Assembly (NCBI GenBank): GCA_977017575.1
Contig: CDRNVI010000020.1
Location: forward strand, 1-64,000
DNA from: Paramoeba atlantica
Taxonomy: Eukaryota; Protista; Discosea
Length of the DNA: 64,000 bases
Reading direction: 5' to 3'
Below, one piece after another: positions 34,642-48,010 of this stretch. The notes under the pieces are model-generated. The model saw nothing but the letters and a program-made list of their open reading frames with translations. It did no database searches and was not told the DNA's origin. Every line of letters begins with the position of its first letter. Position 1 is the stretch's first letter. The translations under genes and the position numbers were made by a program.

Positions 34642-37360
34642 TCAATTCTTATCGTAAACTTTAAAAGCAGAATTGCCTGTTAGCTCACTTGTCTTCTGGA
34701 ACCATTCACATTTGTTGAAGTTTATCTGAAGGTTGATATCCTGTGTGAGTTCTCTTAAGTGTAGAAAGGCTGCTTCAAGCGAAGTGGGATTTTTAGAGCT
34801 CATGGTGACGTCATCTTGATAGGCCCTGACATGAACTTCCGGGTACAGATTGGCAACTTCTAATAGCGGTCCTTGCAGCAAGACGCAGAAATACAGGGAG
34901 GAGAGCGCGGAACCTTGACGAACCCCGGACGAACTTTCTATGACTGTGTGAAGAGAATTGTTGGCGAAGAAGAGAAGTTCAGACGGTTTTCCGTATTCCA
35001 AGTAGAAGAGCCTCATAAAGTGCTTGAAGATCGGTTTCTGAATGAGCGCATTTGCTATTGCGGGGCGATGTGGAGTGTTGTAAGCGTTCTTAAAGTCCAC
35101 CGTTAGCATCGTGTAACCTTCTTCATACTCCTTCATAAGCTCGTGCACTATGGATTCACATGCATTCTGCTGTAGGATACCTCGCTGAAGTGGTTGAAAA
35201 AGAGGTTTCAATGTGCTCCCATGTCTTTCCAAGAGGATTGATCCGCATATTTTAAGAATTGTGTCGCCCATGGCTACGGGTCGGATGCCATTGTTCGGTT
35301 TAGCAAGAGCTATAACTCGACATCGGGTTAAGCGTTCCCGGACACTTTCTGTCACATCACCATTTATGATGTCTCGAAACATATGACAAAGTGCCAAACA
35401 CGTTTCTTCGTCGTCTATCAAAAGTCGCATCATACTCTCACTAAAACCTGTCGGCCCAGGTGAAGCTCCCTTCGACAGTTTCTCCGTGGCACGGCGCAGT
35501 TCGGAAGGCTCAACAATGGCAGTTCGCGGAAAATCGTCATCTAGGAACTGAGGTGGGGGACCTGTCGGGTGGAGCTCTTTCAGTTTCGACGCTTTCTCTT
35601 CTGGCTGTACTGAGGAACCGCGATACACGTTGTCTAGAATACGTGTAGCTTTGCCTAAATTCCCAGCTTTTGCAGTTTGCAATGCATTTCTGATGGAACG
35701 GCGGTCTACGTCCAACTCCAGACGTTGCTCCTCACTGAGGGTTTCTTCTTGCGGCAACAAATCTTTTCGCTTGAGCGTTCTTACGCTGCTTTGGCTTCTC
35801 TGGAGCTTTTGACGTACCGTCGCCAGTGAGTCACGTGGTGCATTTAGAAGCTTATGCCATATGGTTGTTTTCTCGGATTCCATTTGTGCCTTAGGATACT
35901 CGCGTACGATGGAGCGGAAAATTGCCACGACATGGACAGCGAAAGATGGATCAATCTGGGCCAACTGCGGAAGCGGATCCAGGTCCAGATTCTGGGCATT
36001 TTCAAAACATGTTTCTTCCACTTCATCTTTGGGCTGATAAGTTGACACAGAAACTTTGTTTTCTTTCAAGGCACGAAGCGACCAGATTCGAATTTTTTCT
36101 GACTGTGGAAGATAAAGTAATCCTGATGGTCCTTCATGGCCGTCTTCCGGTATATACGAGATTTGGATCTTCACTTTTCCTCGCCGTGACGTTCTCTTAA
36201 CAACTTCGCCAATGGAATGGAACTTTGTATCGTTGCGTCGAAAACTCCACTGAACCTCGCACGTCGAGCCTTTTCCCCATTCCGACATAATTTTATAGAC
36301 TCGATCAGGAGCTTTGGCGAACGTGCTCTGTTCATCTCTTTCGTCCAATGACATGATATCAGAATCCTGGATGCATTCCGCGTCGTCAATATCAATGCCA
36401 CCATCACTTTTCAGAGATATCAACTCGGAATCTGCCTCGGACAATGCATCTGGCTGGGAAACCTCAAAATCAGCTGGATCTCGACCTATCTGACCATACT
36501 TCATTCCTTTTAATTTGATAATGTTGGGATTGCGGCGTTCGACTGAAAGATTCTCATAGACTTTGTGGTCAGCCCAAGTCGAAGATAACGCGGGGTCCGT
36601 GTGAGTGATTACTCTGATTCTGGCTGTTTTCTTTGGCTTGACCTTGCTTATCCCTGATTGCGACTCACTAATCTTAACTCCTTGTGAATTTTCAGCGCCA
36701 CTTCTCGTAACGCGTTGGTTGCCAGAGCTCTCGCTGCATCCTGCATTTTTTAGGGCCTCACACTTAGCGGAAGGCTCTCCGTTGTAAGTGCTTTTAATTT
36801 TGACCTTTAACGATTTTTCACTTACTTTAGACTTACGTGGTCCTATTACATGGTCGGCCTTCTCGGTTAGACCTACTCCCTTGTTGCGTGCTTTCTTAAG
36901 GGACCGCAGAGGGGGAAGTCTTGTCATGGTGGTGCCGAAAAAAGTAGAAAGCGGCAAGGGTAGTGGTGTCGGAGACGGCAATGGTGGTGGTAACACCGGG
37001 TCCGATCGCGGTGTATTCGTTTGGGGGGACGACGGCTCCCGCAATGTGAGGGGCGGAGGTTGCGACGGCGAACGCGCTTCAGTCGGCGGAAGGGTCGTCG
37101 GCCCTCGAAATGCGAGCGGTGTAGGAGGCAACGAAGATCGCGGAGATGGCGGAGGCGTCGGCGCAGACGGCGGAGGTGAGGGTGCCCGAGGTGGCGATGT
37201 CGTCGATGGTGCGGGGGGTGGAGACCTCTTTGAGGGCGAAGCGGTCGGATGCGTCCCCACGACAGCGATGGTTGGAGGAGACTTTGGGGCAACAGGCGCT
37301 GTCTTTTTCCTGCGGCGAACGGGGGCGAGAGGCAAAATCACAGGAGCTGCTCCTGTTTCC
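34642..37360 (-). mobile_element. CRE family A element, 5' two-thirds (Pro-rich N-terminus, beta domain, RT), truncated at both ends
   Basis: 899-aa ORF with 'WGKGSTCEVQWSF', 'GVRQGSALSSLYF', 'YQDDVTM'; its 5' end abuts the poly(A) of the next element. Confidence 0.9.
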
Positions 37361-40300
37361 TTTTTTTTTTTTTTACAACTTTCAACTTCGAACTTTCCCT
37401 ACTTTCCTCGCCATTACGTGCGTAATGGCGGATACAAATCTTCTGCGGGCATGCGATTAACTTGCATGCGCGCCTGGGCCCTCATCAACGTGACGTTCAT
37501 TTCGGTCAGGAGCCGAAAGGAAGCTTTGAAGCGAGAGAGGGTTCCCAGGGATGCTGCAGAGCGACGTTCGGCCACCTGGCGCAAGATGCCCATGGCACTG
37601 TCGGACCAGGATCCGAAGGACTCCACCGCCATTGCGGTGAATTTGTGCCCCGCGGACTCCGCCTCCAGACGCTCCGAACTTTTGTGCTCGGAGGCGTACC
37701 TCTCGGCGAAACATCCTGCTTTTCCCACGTTAGCACCTCGGACCATGTCCGTATAATTGGTCTGCTGAACGTGTGTCACACAGAAGTCTAACACCAGAGA
37801 GGTCGCCAAGCCAAAGTTCGGCAGGAAAATGTCCGCGGGCCTGGTAAGGCCGCCACCCGGGCTGTAGTTCCCCAGGCTCTTTTCTCGCTGTGGGGCGAGG
37901 TGTGCCTTGCTGCACACGTCGCAGAAATGTTCTGCAAGCGCGTTGTGACGGGAAATTAACCCGTAACCGCTCTTGCAGACAAGGGAGTGACTCCCATCTG
38001 TTCCCAGGGGCTGAGGACATTTGTCCATGGGGCATGGCCGGGATTCGTGGTACACGTCAGCCCCCAACCACCAGCGGGCCAGTGCACGAAACTCCGTCGG
38101 CGTAAAGGCGTACCCCATCTCCTTCGACGGTAAGGCAAACAGCCAGTTTGATGCACCCTCTCCGGACTGCGAAATCCATCTTACTCGTTTGTGTGCGTCA
38201 GCGACGTTGTATGCGAGGTGAAATTCATGGGCCGCGATAGCTTTGGTGAGGTCATGTTGTCTGGGCGACTTGGGGCCAATAGAGGGAAGGTCGGGGTCCG
38301 AGGGCTGTAGGAGCTGGCCCGTGACGGAGTTGATGATGGGAGAACCCGCTAAGAAGTTAACGCGTGACGCAGCCTCGCAGAAGCCGTCTGCTTCTGCCGG
38401 GCCCCAGTGATCTTGTTGCGCGGCGAAGGCTACGGAGGTAACGTAAGCGGCGCATGCATGGAGGGAAGTTGAGTGTAACCCAAAACCTCCGTGTCGTTTT
38501 TTACGTTGAGCTTGAGCTCGACTACAAGGGTTTAGCGTGCATATGGCGTCTTCGAGAGCTTGGAGGACCGAGGCGTCGAGTCGCGAACAAAGCTCTGAAA
38601 GGAATAGTGGGGGTGTAGTACGAAGGGAGAAGACTAGCTGGTAGAAACCGGAACATTGCCGTATCAGGGATAGGGCGACTTGGGGGTCCGTGACTTTCTT
38701 TATAGCCCTCAGGGAGGCTTGTGCGGGTTCCAGCGCTTGCTTGGAGAGGAACTCATAACAATGCGGCTCTGACCCTACTGGGCTCCCAAGGATGTCAAAG
38801 TTGCCGTCGAGGTGGATCCTTGCACTGGGGATGTCCGGAAATAAAGTGGCGGAGCTCGCGGAGGAGGAGCTCAACACTATTTCGCATTTCGTTGAGTTTA
38901 GAAAGAGACCAAACTGTTTTCCTTCGTGCGCTATAACGTCGAGGGCACGCCGGATCAGCGAAGCTTTGCCGGCCAGTACTCCGTCGTCGAGGTACCAGAC
39001 GTGGAGGGGGAGTTCTTCAGGGAGCTCATTAATGACTGATGTCGCTAAGTATTGTATAACCAGAGAGAATAAAAGAGGTCCAAGGGGGTCCCCCTGTTGC
39101 ACCCCTTCAGCGGAAGGGATGGTCTGCGATCCGTATGTAAGATAGCTTTCGGTTTCATAGCACCATTCAACCCAATTGTACAGGTCAGGAAAGTGTTGGA
39201 GTGTCAATGAAAGAAAGGCAGTTCTGGATACGTTATTGAAGGCGTTGGATAAGTCTATCTTCGCTAGAGCAAAGTCGGGATCGTCGGCGTGTGCAGCCAT
39301 TGTTCGCCTACAGAGGTGTATGATTCTTTCCGAGCCCGCTGCGGTGGCTACTCCGAACTGTTGTCCCTGGAAAAGAGAGCGTGCTTTAGATTTTACCGCG
39401 GCACAGGCCCCTTTGCTGGCGAGGCGGCGGATCGTTTCCCCGACGGTTATGGGGCGAACGTCGTGTGCGCCTTTCTGGAGCGCGCACAGGCGGGCACCTG
39501 CGAAAAACTGTTGACAATCGGGATTTGCCTTCCCAGCTAGAAGAAGATTTACGAGTTCAGTGATGGCTGCTAAGGGTTTAGCTCTAGAGTCGGCATTCAC
39601 CAGAAGGGCCTCCCGGAGATGTTCTGGTCGAAGTCCCATGGCACCTCCCGACGAACCTCGGTGAAAAGCTTTAATCGCGGTCTCGACTTCTTTTTCTGAG
39701 AGCTGTAGGGGGGGCTATGTGATTTCTCTGGAGTGAAAGTTGGGGTGAAAGTAGGCGGCGGGAGACGACTGGGGTGCTTGTCCTGCAGCTTGGACAGTGT
39801 TTCGGGCGAATTTGGTGCTAAAGGTGATGCAGTTAGCGCAGTCATGGCTCTGGAAAATTCGCCTTGTCGTGCCAGGAGTTCCGCACGGACGGCTGACCGG
39901 GTCTCTTCGTCGATTCCTTCCCGGGTGCGCATCGAGCGCTTCTTTTGGAGGCCATTGACAGCATCTCTCCAGAGGGTGGAAAAATCACGAGCTTGCCAAA
40001 GTTGTAAACGCTGTTTGACGAAGTTAGTGTAGGATGTAAACCCTTTCCGCCCTCCTCGATAGGGAGCGGGGAGCACGCATTTTGGCAGCATTGCAAGTAG
40101 CGTCCAGGAAGTGGTTGTGTTGTCATTCACAACCTCGTACAGAGCCCCGGTGAGAACAACTGCCCATTGCTGGCGGCATCGAGCTGGGACATTTTTGGAG
40201 GTGTTGATGGGGATAGAGCATATTTCAGCGAGGGATGGCAGCACGGCCGGGGCTTCTATTTCCTGCGTCGGGATGGGAACCGCATTTTCGTCGGGGAAAC

Positions 40301-41295
40301 TGGAAGTGTCCGATGGTGTACCAGGGGGATGTATGGTAGGGCGGGAGTCGAGATCGATTACTCTGCACGTACCTGGGTGGGAGTCTTTTTTTCCCAAATC
40401 ATAGTTTCGTCCGCATGAGGTGCAAAGGAAGCGTCCCTGCAAGGTCCACCAATCTTCCGGGATAGTTTCACCGTGTTGAGTCGCTACGTGGTTGAAAAAG
40501 GCCTTCCAATGGCCGCTGTGAGAAGTCGTTTTCCAGGAACAGCCTTCGGCAGGACATTCCCGGGTTTCGTCTTGATGCCAGCTGGAAAAGGGGGTTGCTG
40601 AACGGTCGGTAGCTTGAAGGAGAAGTGATCGTTTAGCCGAGTACGAGGTGTTGGGTCCTGGGTTTTGTTCCACCCCGCCCCGAAAAAGTTCAGTTTTCAT
40701 GCACATTCGGCTCCATCCCGTTTCGGAGGAGAGCGAGGGGGAGGGAAAAAAAGAAATTTGATTGCGTAGCGCTTGGGGGAGCAAAGTGTTCTGTGTCTTC
40801 GGGGAAATTTTAAATCTGAACAAGTGTAGACAAGGGTTTCGAGGGCCCGGGTTCCACTCCACCCCCCCTCACATAAGACCGATATCTATCTGCGTTTTAC
40901 TCCATCCAGATTTGGCAATCAGGCCTTCGGCTGGGGCGTAACACCAAAGCGGCCTGTCCGGGGAAGGAATCTCTCTCCAGGCAGAGGCAAATTCCGTGTC
41001 GATCCCGATTTGGTTGCAAAGGGCGAAGGGATACCAGTCGGGGGGTGTGGTCTTGGGGATGACGATAAGAGTGCGTCCCGTGGGATGGCTAAAGACTGCG
41101 GTCCTGTGGCCAGGGATCGTGCTAGATTGGGAAGCGCATTGAAGCGCTGCGCTCACAGAGATACCGGCGGGAAGTTGTCCAATGGCACAGTCTAGGTCAA
41201 AGCTGTTTCCGGAGTGAGTTTCGTAGAGGGTCACGAGTTCGTTGCGCAGACCGGTGTTCAAAGCGACCCTGTCGCGGACGAATTGTAGGGAATGG
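37361..41295 (-). mobile_element. CRE family B element, essentially full length, with tandem 2A-like motifs
   Basis: ORFs 40869-41310 (in-frame TGA), 39597-40862 and 37414-39639 (shift near the G-run at ~39710); Zn fingers 'CPAEGC...HVATQH...CTSC'; RT 'GVQQGDPLGPLLF...WYLDDG'; RLE 'RPADIFLP...DFCVTH'; poly(A) at 37361-37374. Confidence 0.92.
40653..40868 (-). other. Two 2A-like (StopGo) peptides: GGVEWNPGP (40842-40868) and GGVEQNPGP (40653-40679)
   Basis: Both match the (D/G)(V/I)ExNPGP consensus and lie in the same frame, 63 codons apart. Confidence 0.7.
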
Positions 41296-42274
41296 CTTTT
41301 TTTTTGCGGCATTGCCTCTATATTTTTACCCAATACTTGAACCCTGTAGGTCCATCGGGGGGGTATATGATTTTAAAACAAGCAATTAAATTAGCAATTT
41401 CATATTTTGGAGCCCAAAACTAGCAATTCGATCTCCCGTAAGTATAAGACCAATAATAACAATTTCTTTTTTAGGCTCTTCGTTAAACGCGGTGGTTGCT
41501 TTCAACTTAGAAGTCACTCGTGCTGCGCGCTTCGCGTTGAAAACTACCTCCGCGTTTAACGAAGAGCCTAAAAAAGAAAATTTAGCCTGGAAAACGGAAA
41601 GATTATAGCCAAAAATAGCCGAATTTCGGGTACAAATGGGGTGATTTTCGCATATTTTTGCTCTCAGAGCACTAAATCCGACATTTGCGCGTGGGAAATC
41701 ACTCGCAGGCATGAATGAAAGCCTACCGAACGTATTGGGTAGAGAATGCGACTCCAACCATACCATTCTTTCGACACAAAAATGCCCCTTTAGGTCCGAA
41801 AAATACTTTTTCACCTTTTTTAGTCAAAAATGGGTCATTTTGGGGGGCGCACCACAGTTCGAAGAAGTGATACCTTGCGAAAACAACTGCGTAGAAAGCT
41901 AGTGTAGGTCCCAAACTATCAAAATACAATAGGGGAAACGATTTTGGAAAAATATTTTCTTTGTCATTTTTTTCGCCAAGTTAAAATTTTTTTCAAAAAA
42001 TTTTTTCCGAAAAAATCCGAACTTGGCGGACCCGTCCTGCGGATACGCGGGGGGGTCACCCCCGGGTAGGGGGGTGGAAAATGCGCGCCAAGACCCCGGC
42101 TACCCTTTCTGCGGTTTTTTTTCGAAAACTAATTTTTTCAAAAAAATTTGCTCGACCATGCCCCCCCCCCTGGACCCCCCCCTGGACCCCCCATTTTTTT
42201 CAAATTTTTTTTTCAGTTTTGGACCAATAATCGAGTGTAGAGCGGTAGTTTTACAACCACCGCAATAACAATAA

Positions 42275-42529
42275 AAACAAGCAATCCAGGCCCAATCCAT
42301 TCGCGCGTTCCGGACCGGGTCTTTCGACCTCTCCACGGCCTGACTTGTGAACCCTTCCCTTGCTATACGGGAGGGCGCAGGCGCGGGCCTGTGTCGACAG
42401 CGACACGGTCGCGAAACAGGATGCTGGTCGACGGGGAGGAGATTCACTACCCGTGTACTACCTCACTTGGGGTACCTAGCCCTGACGGACTAGGCGTGAG
42501 CATAGACTCTGTCGACGCGACCAGCATCC
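42275..42529 (-). ncRNA. Conserved ~255-nt structured RNA in CRE family B 3' UTRs (also 46579-46834, 52011-52264, 57826-58057, 59454-59709; partial 53098-53135)
   Basis: Near-identical copies behind divergent ORFs; 12-bp stem GGATGCTGGTCG/CGACCAGCATCC with G-U variants; tetraloop hairpins; one compensatory C-G to U-A change. Confidence 0.7.
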
Positions 42530-45500
42530 CGACCAGATGTTCATGGGCGCAAACGACCAGTTCGGAATGAATCCAGCCGGTCGTCATGTGTGACGAGTTG
42601 GCCAGTGGGATCTTCATCCGGGAGACGTCGGACCAACATCCGTGCCTGTGAACGCATGAGGGCTATGTTCATACCCCTTATGAGTTGTGCTGTGGCCTGT
42701 GCATGGCTCAAAGTCCCATTAGAGGTTGAAGCTCGGTGTTTCCCGACGCTTTTTATGATGGTCAGGGCACTTTTGGACCAGGATCCAAAGGATTCTACGA
42801 CCATCGCTTCAAAACGGTGACCAGCAGCGACAGCTTCTGCTCTCTCCGATATTTTATGTTCCGAGGCGTAGCGCTCGGCAAATGACCCCTTTACCCATGT
42901 AGCAGTTCGGACTAAGTCCGTATATTTGTTTTGCTGGACATGTGTAACTGCGAAGTCAAGGACGAGAGCTGTGCCAAGGTCATAGTTTGGCAAGTAAACG
43001 TCACCTGGTCGTGTCAAGCCGCCCCCCGGACCATGATTTCCTAGCGTCTTTTCCCTCTGAGGAGCCAGCTGCGCCTTACTACACTCTTGCGCAAACTGTA
43101 GACAAAGAGAGTTATGTCGTGCCATGATGCCATGTCCAGATTTGCACACTAGAGCGTGGTCCCCATCGAGTCCGATAGACATTTTACATTTTTCCATGGG
43201 ACATGGTTGGACGCTGGGTACAAGTTGTGCTCCGAGCCACCACCTTACCAGTGCGCGGAATTCAGCTGGTGTGAATGCAAAACCAAGGTCTTTGGATGGA
43301 GTGGAAAATGCCCAGTCCCCAGCTCCCTTGCCAGACTGTGAAATCCATCGAGTTCGGGTCTTAATGTCTGCGTTGTAGAATGCTTGCCCGAATTCGTGTT
43401 CTGAAATAATGTGGCTTAACTGTTTTTGCCGTGGTACTGTGCATTTCTCCGAGGCATAGGTTCCTTCCGGTAAATCCGCCTCGATGTCGTTACTCGTTTG
43501 GCGATTATCTTGTTGGCTGTTGGTGATAGATCCTGTGGTCCGGTCAAGTAACGTGATGCCTAGTGCGTTGTTGAAGTCATGAACTGCATCTTCGAAACCT
43601 TCTGCTTCTTGCGGTTCCCAGGAGTCTTGCTCGGCGCCGAATGTCACTGAAGAAATATAAGCCCCGGAGGCATGTAGCTCGGATGAACGAATGCCAAATC
43701 CCCCATGTTTCTTCAGTCGCTGTGCCTGACACCTGGAAACATCATCTAAAGGACAGAAAATCCATTCGAGAGTTTTCATTGTTGCTGAGTCAAGGCGAGT
43801 GCATAAGTCCATGAGTTTACGAAAAGGTGTTGTACGCAGTGCATACGTCATTTGGCAAAATCCGGCACATTGACGAAGTAGCGAAAGGGCAACTTGTGGG
43901 TCTTCTAGGCTTTGTATTGCCAGGAGAGTGTCTACAGCGGGGTCGATTGCATGTTCCTCTAGGTAGGTACGACAAAATTCGGAAGAACCTATGGGGCTCC
44001 CAAGAATAGAAAAATTGCCTTGTAAATTCTTTTGTTCGCGAGGGATTTGATAAAAAATGTCTGTCTGCATTGCTGAAGCAGGGTGGGTGATAATTTCGCA
44101 CTTCTCCGGGTTGAGAAACACTTAGGCCCCACGTCCGCTATCACGCGCAGAGCATTTTGTACTTCGTATGATGGACCTGCCAAGACTCCGTCGTCAAGGT
44201 ACCAGATGTGGAGCTGAAGTCCTCCGGACGAAGTTTTAATTTCTTCCGAAACTTGGAGAATGACGAGGGAAAAAAGTAGTGGCCCTAAGGGGTCGCCTTG
44301 TTGCGCGCCTTCCTCGGATGAAATTCGGATTTGGCCATAGGTCAGAGCACTTGTAGTACCGTAGCACCACTCCACCCAGCGTGAAAGCTCTGGAAAGTAA
44401 TGTCGTGTCAACGCAATGAAGGCGGCACGAGAAACATTGTTGAACGCGTTCTTCAGATCTACTTTACAGAGGACGAAATCGGAGTTCTCAGAATTTTCGT
44501 GCATTGCTTTTCGACAAAGGTGAATTAGACGCTCAGCTCCAGCAGGTGTGGCTACCCCAAATTGTGTTCCGGCGAAAAGTTCACGTGCCTTCGTTCGTAC
44601 TGCTAGACATGCTGCTTTGCTAGTCAAACGGCGTAATGTCTCCCCGGCAGCTATCGGTCGTACACCACTCTCCCCTTTTCTGAGTGCACACAGCCGCGCG
44701 CCAGCAAACGCTTCTTGCACGTCCAACGGGGCTTTGCCTTCGAGGAGATGATTCGTGAGAGCTGTTAGTGCAGAGAGCGGTGTGACGTCGAGATCTTCAT
44801 TGACGAGTAGTGCAGCTTGAAGGTGTTCTGCCCGCAGCCCCATAGTCCCGCTGGATGATCCTCGGTGAAAACCTTTTAGTGCGTGTCGTACATCCGTTTC
44901 TCCGAGTGTAAGCACCTCCGGGCCTAGGGGAGGCATATCTACGGGCGGCTCAGTGGTGTGACGGGTGGGGTGTTTAAGCAGGAGCTGGGAAAGAGTGTCG
45001 TCGTTATCTGGTGCGAGAGGATCCGCAGTAAGTGCTGCCAATCCCCGTGAAAATTCGCCTTGTCGAACTAAAAGCTCGGCGCGTAGGTTGGCCTTTCGCA
45101 TCTCTTCCTCAAGTGAATGCTCGTCAGGTTCTTTGCGAGGCGACCTTTTCTCTTGTTCAACAATTAGTTTTTTCCAGAGGCCGGAGACGTCTCCCTTCTC
45201 CCAGCGTTCGAGGCAGTTACTTACATGTGACGCGTAAGACATGTGCCCTTTGCGCCCGCCCCTTCTGGGTGCTGCTAGGGTGCACTTTGGGAGCATTGCG
45301 AGCTTAGCCCATCCTCCTACACCAGTGCTACCCAGGGCCTCCTTAAGGGTAGTCGTGAGGACACGTGCCCACTGTAGCCGACACCGGTGAGGAATATCCT
45401 TGCAAGTTGCGCGAGAGAGAGCACTAATCTCGGCCAATGTTGGAAGATATTCGATGGCGTCGTTTTCTTGTGTCGGGTTTACAGCTTGTGGGTTCACCTC

Positions 45501-46362
45501 CTCTTGGCAAGGGATGTGAGATGCGATTTTACAGCTCTTCGAGTGTGAGTGTTCTTTCCCTAAGTCGTAGTGGCGATTGCATGTGTGGCATCGGAAACGG
45601 CCTTCTTCTCTCCACCATGAATCCGGAACACTGTCTCCATGTTGCGAGGCAATGTGGTTGAAGTATGCTTGCCAACTTCCACCGTGTGATGGCGCGTCCC
45701 AATTGCAGCCGGGTGCTGGGCAGGCTCTTCGTTGTTGTGATGATTGGAAATAAGGTACAGCTTCATCGTGAGAGGGAGAGTGATTCGGTGGTTCGGCGGC
45801 GGCTGATTGTGTTTGAGTTGCGGATGGCTGTGTCAAACATGCTTCATCAAGATCCATTGCAGGTAGAACTTCCTTATCAGGTGCCGGTTTTCTACCCTTA
45901 GAGTTATGTTTCTCGGGGGCTCGTCGGCCAACTGGCGTTTTTCTGTATCCTTTCAGCTCCCCTCGGAGAACGATGGAGTCCTGTGACATACTATTCGTTT
46001 TTCTGGGTGTCTTTGGAAAACGGCGAACTGAGGAACTATCGGGAGGTTGTCGCTGAACGCTGGCGTGGTTTGACTCTTCACACTCCCCTAATTCGATTCC
46101 CATGTCGGGCGTCCCCCCCTCGACAACCAAAGTGGCACATGCTGCTTCCGTTCGTCTGGTCCATTCGGATGGAACGTGCGCAGGGATCTCGGTGGTGTAG
46201 GCAAGTTCGTTGTAGGTGCTGGGGCCGGATATTAAATGTTTGTTACCCTCGAATTGATCCCAGGAACCAAGTGTGTGCCTTTTTTCTTCTTCAAGGAAAG
46301 ACTTTTGGCTGGTCATGGAAGGAACCGCGTACCTGGAAAAAGATGAAATGAGGAAAATAATT

Positions 46363-46396
46363 CAACAAGGTACAGAAACTGTATCTTTATCGTTAA
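46363..46396 (-). ncRNA. SL-like exon copy (34 nt) directly after the poly(A) of the upstream element
   Basis: A11-G-TTAACGATAAAGATACAGTTTCTGTACCTTGTTG-UTR-ATG on the minus strand. Confidence 0.8.
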
Positions 46397-48010
46397 CTTT
46401 TTTTTTTTGAAACGCGGCATTGCCTCTATATTTTTACCCAATACTTGAACCCTGTAGGTCCATCGGGGGGGTATATGATTTTAAAACAAGCAATCAAATT
46501 AGCAATTTCATATTTTGGAGCCCAAAACTAGCAATTCGAACTCCCGTAAGTATAAGAAGAATAATAACAATAACAATAAAAACAAGCAATCCAGGCCCAA
46601 TCCATTCGCGCGTTCCGGACCGTGTCTTTCGACCTCTCCACGGCCTGACTTGTGAACCCTTCCCTTGCTATACGGGAGGGCGCAGGCGCGGGCCTGTGTC
46701 GACAGCGACACGGTCGCGAAACAGGATGCTGGCCGACGGGGAGGAGATTCACTGCCCGTGTACTACCTCACTTGGGGTACCTAGCCCTCGCGGGCTAGGC
46801 GTGAGTATAGACTCTGTCGACACGACCAACATCCGGACCAGAGGATGCAAGAGAGGATAGAAGCGGGTCCGTAGGTATAGGCCTATGTCGCTACCATTGG
46901 ATCCGTTGGATCTGGCACGCAGATACGCGAAACCATCATTCTGGCTTGTGATCTCATTAACGCAACGTTCAGCTCCGTAAGGAGTTCATTTCGTGCTTGG
47001 CTGCGAGACATGAGTTCTTTCGACGCGTTCGCTCGTTGCGTTCCGATGTCGCGGAGGAGCGCTAAGGCACTCTCACTCCAGGAGCCAAATGATTCCACAA
47101 CCATGGCTGTGAAAAGAAACCCGGCCTCGGTTGCTTCCTGTCGCTGTCTCGCTTTGGTCTGTGCGTAGTGCTCGGCAAAAGACCCTGGGGCCACCCAGCT
47201 AGCATTATGGACTGAGTCCAAATACTTTAGTTGCTGTGCGTGGGTGACCGCAAAATCTAGAACCATGCCTTGCGCTACAGTGCCCTTGGCTAAGGATGCA
47301 GTTGGTAGGAAGACGTCCGCTGGTCTTGTGAGAGCTCCTCCTGGCCCTCGATTTCCCAAACTCTTCTCTCTCTGTGGTTGAAGGAAAGCTTTGCTGCAAA
47401 AGGACGTAAATTGTTGAGCTACGGCATTATGTTGTGAGATTATACCGTGTCCATTCTTACAGAGCAAAGCGTGCTCTCCATTTTTAAGTAAGGGAAGGGT
47501 GCAGCCGTCAGCTGGGCAAGGTTGATCCTCCGGCAAGATATTCATCCCGAGCCACCAGCGTGTCAGAGTCCGAAACTCTGTGTGGGTAAAAGCTTAGCCT
47601 CTGCTCTTGGACGGTGTTACAAAAGCCCAGTTTCCGGCCCCCCTCCCTGATTGAGAAACCCATCGTGCCCTCGTCCTTGCGTCTGTTTTCATGTACGCAG
47701 CCTGGAATTCATTTTCCGATATTGCTTGGCTGAGATGCCTCTGTCGTGGTATAATGGTTTCCTGTTCGGTGGAGTCGGAGGGGAGAGTGTTGTTGAGAGA
47801 TGTGGTATATTTTCGTTTAGCTAGGCGGGACCGGGTGCCTCGTCCCTCATGCTGTTCAGCTAGAGAATTGGGTTTGGCAATGCGTCCAGTGATCGTGTCA
47901 ACTAGATCAGCTCCGACTTTGTCGTTTATGTCCCGGACGGAATCAGAGAATCCTTCTGCTTCGGTTGGTTCCCAGCCATCCATGTTAGCAGAAAAAGTGA
48001 TAGAGGAAAC

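Larger units (their letters stand above)
42200..46396 (-). mobile_element. CRE family B element, full length, with 5' SL and structured 3' UTR
   Basis: SL at 46363-46396; ORFs 43989-46316 and 42541-44121 (one frameshift) with Zn fingers, RT and RLE; conserved RNA at 42275-42529. Confidence 0.93.

Noticed and set aside
41450-42230. Possible DNA-transposon terminus or gene (ORF 41386-41814; G/C and A/T runs)
   Set aside because: I could not find a matching second end, a TSD or a recognisable protein motif.
42275-42529. Canonical HDV-like ribozyme call for the 3' RNA
   Set aside because: A GCGAAUGG word and a CUCCUCC stretch are present, but the candidate P1 is 12 bp and I could not place P3 or P1.1. 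Left as an unassigned structured RNA.
15712-44121. Programmed ribosomal frameshifts in CRE and Tc1 ORFs
   Set aside because: The shifts fall at different positions in each copy, several in homopolymers. Sequencing indels or decay are more likely.
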